NCBI GenBank assembly: GCA_963742115.1
Contig: CAVUKQ010000015.1
Location: forward strand, 113,832-177,831
Source: an uncultured Gammaproteobacteria bacterium
Lineage (GTDB): Bacteria; Pseudomonadota; Gammaproteobacteria; Steroidobacterales; Rariloculaceae
DNA length: 64,000 nt
Direction: 5' to 3'
Shown here piece by piece: positions 55,215 through 64,000 of this stretch (position 1 is the stretch's first letter; the number at the start of each line of letters is the position of its first letter). The translations under genes and the position numbers were made by a program. The notes under the pieces are model-generated. The model saw nothing but the letters and a program-made list of their open reading frames with translations, was not told where the DNA came from and did not search any database.

Positions 55215-55916
55215 CTATCTCACCTGCAACAAGAGTAGGAGCCCTAACACGGCAGAATGCCAATCGGATCCGCCGCTGCGTTCCTTGGGACGCCCCCAGC
55301 CCCCGTCGGCATTCTGGCTCGCGACGACGCTTTCGACGAAACCATCCTGGACCAAGGCGCCCCGCCCGGCCAGGTGGAGAAACGCCGCAGCTTCGAGTCG
55401 CAGATCAGTCACCGTCGTGGGGTCGGCGTCGACTAGCGCAGCGTTCGCTCGGTACACGGCCTCGATAAACCCGTCCGGCAACGGGAGCGCGCAGCCGTTT
55501 TCCTGGATACGCACCAACGTCAGTAGCACGTGCGGAAGGTTGTACCCCCCAGCCTTCGCGGCGTTTTGCAGCACCTCCGGAAACGAGCCCGGTAACCCGA
55601 CCCGATCGCAATAGAGAGCGGAAACGAGGATGCGGTCGGACGGAGTCGTCACCGCATCCCAGTCATCGGGTTGCAGCGCGGTTTCGCGATCGGCGAAACG
55701 TCGCAGCACACGCAGCAAAGCCGCGGTTGCAGGCTGCTCGATCAGTCGTTGGTCGTAGCGCTGCAGAGCGTCCGCGAACTCCGCGATTGCGAATCGCCGG
55801 TGCATCACAGCGAGCCACAGCAGGGCGTGTGGCTCGCGCGACTTCTCGAAGAACCTGATCGACTTCGCGATTGCTTTATTCAGGTCGTCCGTCGTCAGCA
55901 CGAGCTCGTCCCTCAA
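55215..55916 (-). CDS. hypothetical protein with terpenoid-cyclase/prenyltransferase-like QxxDGGWG motif
   Basis: 233 aa, mostly helical-looking, with SQNADGGWG near the C-terminus. Confidence 0.55.
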   Translation of the reverse strand: MRDELVLTTDDLNKAIAKSIRFFEKSREPHALLWLAVMHRRFAIAEFADALQRYDQRLIEQPATAALLRVLRRFADRETALQPDDWDAVTTPSDRILVSALYCDRVGLPGSFPEVLQNAAKAGGYNLPHVLLTLVRIQENGCALPLPDGFIEAVYRANAALVDADPTTVTDLRLEAAAFLHLAGRGALVQDGFVESVVASQNADGGWGRPKERSGGSDWHSAVLGLLLLLQVR

Positions 55917-56061
55917 CTACGGCGCCGGTTAGCCGCAGCAGACTACACCCGAACTACGAGTTGGGCGCGCGTGCCCGGCAGCATCCCGACTCGCTGCCAA
56001 TCGATCCGTTCGCGGGCGTTTTTTCGGACTGCGCTCGGTGGCAGCCGCGTCGTCGCGGGAG

Positions 56062-56096
56062 CGGCGCCGCCGGCTCGCCAGCGCGAGCGGCGGCGC
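56062..56096 (-). terminator. GC-rich hairpin downstream of the M48 protease gene
   Basis: GGCGCCGCCGCTCGC-gctg-GCGAG(C)CGGCGGCGCC on the minus strand, with one bulge and no adjacent U-tract. Confidence 0.35.
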
Positions 56097-56119
56097 CCTA
56101 ATCGGCGCGCCTTCGAACC

Positions 56120-56953
56120 CTAGCGCGACGCGACCGCGACCGGGTGGCTCGGCGCGTCGCTGCGGGCCTGGTTGTAATAGGCCATCATCTGCGGCGCGAG
56201 CGCGGCCAACTTCTCCTGCCGGTTCGCGGGGCTCGGATGGGTGCTCAGGAACTGCGGCGGACCCGAGCCCGATGCCTTTTCCATCTTCTGCCAGAGACTC
56301 AGGGCCGCGTTGGGGTTGTATCCGGCCTTGGCCGCGAGCTCGAGACCGATCTCGTCGGCCTCGGACTCGGCACTGCGGCTGTTCGGGAGCTGGATCGCAA
56401 GCTGCGCCGCGATGGCCGCGGCGTTCTGCGCGGCCTGTGGATGGTCGTCGGCGACCACTCCGGCGAGCGCCACGCCGGCGCTGGTCGCGAGCGCGACGGA
56501 CATGCGTTCGGCGGTGTGGTTCGCGAGCGCATGGCTGATCTCATGGCCGAGCACTTGCGCGAGCTCGTCGTCGGTCGGGTCGAGCTTGTTCAATAGGCCG
56601 GTATACACGGCCATCCGGCCCCCGGCCATGCACCAAGCGTTGATCATTTCGGGGTCGTCGATGACGGCGACGCTCCACTCCCAGTCGGCCGTATCGGGGC
56701 GTTTCACGATGGCCTGCGCGACCAACCGCTCGGTGATCTTGTCGATCCGGCGTGTCACGCGCGTGTCGGTGACGATCTTGCCGGCCTGACGTAGCTCGGC
56801 GAGCTGGGATACGTAGGCCTCCTTGGACGCGCCGATCGCGACGTCCTCGGACACGAGCGACAACTGCCGGCGGCCGGTAGGGCTCACCACGCACGCCGTC
56901 GCAGTCAGAGCGACCAGCGCCGGGACCCAGAGAACGAGCTTCCTGATCATCAT
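56120..56953 (-). CDS. M48-family zinc metalloprotease lipoprotein
   Basis: GGAGG RBS, MMIRKLVLWVPALVALTATAC lipobox, HEISHAL (HExxH). 277 aa. Confidence 0.85.
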   Translation of the reverse strand: MMIRKLVLWVPALVALTATACVVSPTGRRQLSLVSEDVAIGASKEAYVSQLAELRQAGKIVTDTRVTRRIDKITERLVAQAIVKRPDTADWEWSVAVIDDPEMINAWCMAGGRMAVYTGLLNKLDPTDDELAQVLGHEISHALANHTAERMSVALATSAGVALAGVVADDHPQAAQNAAAIAAQLAIQLPNSRSAESEADEIGLELAAKAGYNPNAALSLWQKMEKASGSGPPQFLSTHPSPANRQEKLAALAPQMMAYYNQARSDAPSHPVAVASR

Positions 56954-57212
56954 GAGTGCCTCCTTCGCGTACGTGGCTCGCTGAAGGAAGCGGTGCAAGA
57001 GTGATGCCACCAAGGGCCGCCCGAGTGACAGGTAAGCCATTACGGCCGCAGATCCGAGCGATCGTCTCAGTTTGCAGATTCTGAGAGGGCGGACCCGGCG
57101 CTGGCGGCCAGTCGTACCGCGGGATCGTCCCGCGGAACACGACGCAGTAACGCGTTCACGACGAGTAGCCGTGAACGTTGACGGGTCGGCGATTTGAGGT
57201 CGAGCCTCGGGC

Positions 57213-57239
57213 GCGTGCCCGGCGCGAAGCCGGGCACGC
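57213..57239 (-). terminator. hairpin immediately after the rpoC stop
   Basis: GCGTGCCCGGC-ttcgc-GCCGGGCACGC (11-bp perfect stem), 10 nt after the stop, with no U-tract. Confidence 0.45.
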
Positions 57240-57249
57240 TGCCGATCGA

Positions 57250-61509
<4,260 letters not shown>

Positions 61510-61571
61510 TCCGTGCACCTACGCCTAAGTGTTTTCGATCGCGCTCAACGGACCACCGACCCCAGCCGACG

Positions 61572-64000
61572 CTAGTCGGCCGTGTCGAGCTCGATGTTGA
61601 TAGCGAGCGACCGAATTTCCTTGACCAACACGTTGAACGACTCGGGCATGCCGGCCTGCATCTCGTGCGTGCCGTCGACGATGTTTTTGTACATCTTCGT
61701 GCGGCCCTGCACGTCGTCCGACTTGACCGTGAGCATTTCCTGCAGCGTGTACGCCGCGCCGTACGCCTCGAGAGCCCAGACTTCCATCTCGCCGAAGCGC
61801 TGACCGCCGAACTGCGCCTTGCCGCCGAGCGGCTGCTGCGTGACCAAGCTGTACGGGCCCGTCGAGCGCGCGTGCATCTTGTCGTCGACCAAGTGGTTGA
61901 GCTTCAGCATGTACATGTAGCCGACGGTGACTGGACGATCGAAGCGGTCACCCGTCCGGCCGTCGTACAACGTCGTCTGGCCAGACTCCGGCAAGTCGGC
62001 GAGCTTGAGAAGATGCTTGATCTCCTCCTCGTTCGCGCCGTCGAACACCGGGGTCGCGATCGGCACGCCGTCGCTCAAGTTCACCGCGAGCTCCGACAGC
62101 TCGTCGTCGGTCAACGACCCGATGTCTTCCTTCTGCCCGCCCGTCTGGTTGTAGATCTTGTCGATGAACGTGCGCAGCTCCTTGACGTTGCTGCCGACAC
62201 GGATCATCTCGCCGATCTTGAGCCCGAGCCCCTTCGCGGCCCAGCCGAGATGGGTTTCGAGCACCTGACCGACGTTCATGCGCGACGGCACGCCGAGCGG
62301 GTTCAGCACGATGTCGACCGGAGTGCCGTCCGCCGCGTACGGCATGTCTTCCACCGGCACGATCGTCGAGATCACGCCCTTGTTGCCGTGGCGGCCCGCC
62401 ATCTTGTCGCCCGGTTGCACGCGGCGCTTCACGGCGAGATAGACCTTCACCATCTTCAAGACGCCGGGAGCGAGGTCATCGCCCGCGGTGATCTTCGTCT
62501 TCTTCTCCTCGAAGCGACGATCGAACTGCTCTTTCTGCGAGCGCAGCCGCTCGGCGGCCTGCTCGAGCAGCGCGGTCGCGTCGTCCGCTTTCACGCGGAC
62601 TTGGAACCACTGCTCGCGCGGCAGCGCGTCCAGGTACTGTTTCGTGATCTTCGAGCCCGCGGCCAGGCCTTCCGGACCGCCCGACGCAACCTTGCCGATC
62701 AGCGAGTTCTGGATGCGCTGATAGATGTCGTCCTCGAGGATGCGCTGCTGGTCGCCCAAGTCCTTGCGAACCGACTCGAGCTCCTGCCGCTCGATCGATA
62801 GCGCGCGGCCGTCCTTCTCGACGCCGTCACGCGTGAAGACGCGGACATCGATAACGGTGCCGTCCATGCCGGGCGGCACGCGCAGCGAGGTGTCCTTCAC
62901 GTCGGACGCCTTCTCGCCGAAGATCGCGCGAAGCAGCTTCTCTTCCGGCGTGAGCTGGGTCTCGCCTTTCGGCGTGACCTTGCCGACCAAGATATCGCCC
63001 GCGCCGACTTCTGCGCCGATGAACGCGATGCCCGACTCGTCGAGCTTGGTGAGCGCGGCGTCACCGACGTTCGGAATGTCCGCCGTGACCTCTTCGGGCC
63101 CAAGCTTGGTATCGCGCGCGACGCAAGTCAGCTCTTCGATATGGATCGTGGTGAAACGATCCTCGATGACCACGCGCTCCGAGATCAGAATCGAGTCCTC
63201 GAAGTTGTAGCCGTTCCACGGCATGAACGCGACGAGCAGGTTCTGGCCGAGCGCGAGCTCGCCCAAGCTCGTCGACGGGCCGTCCGCGAGAACGTCGCCC
63301 TTCTCGATCGCGTTGCCGGCTTTCACCAGCGGCCGCTGATTGATACAGGTGTTCTGGTTCGAGCGCGTGTACTTCGTGAGGTTGTAGATGTCGACGCCCG
63401 CCTCGCCCGCTTTCGTCTCCTCGTCCTTCACGCGGACCACGATGCGCGACGCGTCGACCAAGTCGACGATGCCGCCGCGGCGTGCGACCACGGTGACGCC
63501 CGAGTCGACCGCCACCGCGCGCTCCATGCCCGTGCCGACGAGCGGCGTCTGGGTGCGGAGCGTCGGAACCGCTTGGCGCTGCATGTTCGAGCCCATCAAC
63601 GCGCGGTTCGCGTCGTCGTGCTCGAGGAACGGGATCAGCGACGCTGCGACCGACACGATCTGCTTCGGCGACACGTCCATGTACTGGACCTGATCAGCCG
63701 TGAGCAGCGCGAACTCGTTCTGATGGCGGCACGACACGAGGTCGTCCGTGAACTCGCCCTTCGCGCTCAAGGTCGCGTTCGCCTGCGCGATCACGTACTG
63801 GCCTTCTTCGATCGCCGAGAGGTAATCGATGTCGGCCGTGACCTTACCGTCCGCAACGCGGCGGTACGGCGTCTCGAGGAAGCCGTATTCGTTCGTGCGC
63901 GCGTACACGGACAGCGAGTTGATCAGACCGATATTCGGACCTTCCGGCGTCTCGATCGGGCACACGCGGCCGTAATGCGTCGGATGCACGTCGCGGACTT
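61572..64000 (-). CDS. rpoB: DNA-directed RNA polymerase subunit beta (C-terminal about 809 aa; 5' end lies beyond the window)
   Basis: ...[25 protein letters not shown]...[32 protein letters not shown]... Confidence 0.98.
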   Translation of the reverse strand, partial: VRDVHPTHYGRVCPIETPEGPNIGLINSLSVYARTNEYGFLETPYRRVADGKVTADIDYLSAIEEGQYVIAQANATLSAKGEFTDDLVSCRHQNEFALLTADQVQYMDVSPKQIVSVAASLIPFLEHDDANRALMGSNMQRQAVPTLRTQTPLVGTGMERAVAVDSGVTVVARRGGIVDLVDASRIVVRVKDEETKAGEAGVDIYNLTKYTRSNQNTCINQRPLVKAGNAIEKGDVLADGPSTSLGELALGQNLLVAFMPWNGYNFEDSILISERVVIEDRFTTIHIEELTCVARDTKLGPEEVTADIPNVGDAALTKLDESGIAFIGAEVGAGDILVGKVTPKGETQLTPEEKLLRAIFGEKASDVKDTSLRVPPGMDGTVIDVRVFTRDGVEKDGRALSIERQELESVRKDLGDQQRILEDDIYQRIQNSLIGKVASGGPEGLAAGSKITKQYLDALPREQWFQVRVKADDATALLEQAAERLRSQKEQFDRRFEEKKTKITAGDDLAPGVLKMVKVYLAVKRRVQPGDKMAGRHGNKGVISTIVPVEDMPYAADGTPVDIVLNPLGVPSRMNVGQVLETHLGWAAKGLGLKIGEMIRVGSNVKELRTFIDKIYNQTGGQKEDIGSLTDDELSELAVNLSDGVPIATPVFDGANEEEIKHLLKLADLPESGQTTLYDGRTGDRFDRPVTVGYMYMLKLNHLVDDKMHARSTGPYSLVTQQPLGGKAQFGGQRFGEMEVWALEAYGAAYTLQEMLTVKSDDVQGRTKMYKNIVDGTHEMQAGMPESFNVLVKEIRSLAINIELDTAD

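Noticed and set aside
48195-57249. The block between rpoC and rpsL considered as a mobile genetic element.
   Set aside because: No integrase, transposase, recombinase, tRNA target or terminal repeats are visible. I report it only as a synteny break.

Overview
High-GC proteobacterial chromosome segment (gamma/beta-like core protein sequences). About 40% is the classical translation/transcription core, all on the minus strand: rpoB (5'-truncated by the window edge) and rpoC at 57.2-64 kb, then rpsL-rpsG-fusA-tuf, S10, spc and alpha operons running contiguously from 48.2 kb down to rplQ at 29.6 kb. All of these genes are intact. The rest is accessory. (i) 0.7-12.7 kb holds a tightly packed eight-gene minus-strand array of exported proteins of unknown function: TonB-dependent receptor, Tat-MBL hydrolase, DUF1592-type protein with two CxxCH motifs, DUF1552, exported ankyrin, DUF6152 and two secreted paralogues. 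An MmyB-like regulator is divergent from it. (ii) 14-29.5 kb is a mixed block: IlvG-like acetolactate synthase, VOC proteins, MBL/TetR/LanC-like trio, trpS, gamma-glutamyltransferase, pepQ, ICMT-like methyltransferase, small kinase and a membrane beta-propeller-like protein. (iii) A roughly 9 kb accessory block (M48 protease, second TonB-dependent receptor, TPR/TonB_C protein and others) sits between rpoC and rpsL, which are normally adjacent. The most striking sequence-level observation is that at least 17 reading-frame breaks are confined to eight accessory genes. Each behaves as an extra single nucleotide, except one clear 2-nt insertion. The roughly 25 kb of core genes have none. I saw no rRNA, tRNA, CRISPR array, transposase or integrase. 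The window has several intrinsic-terminator-like hairpins, two AT-rich palindromes in divergent promoter regions, a candidate leader peptide plus terminator ahead of the ALS gene, and an unusually long 323-nt rpsJ-rplC spacer with a sigma70-like promoter.
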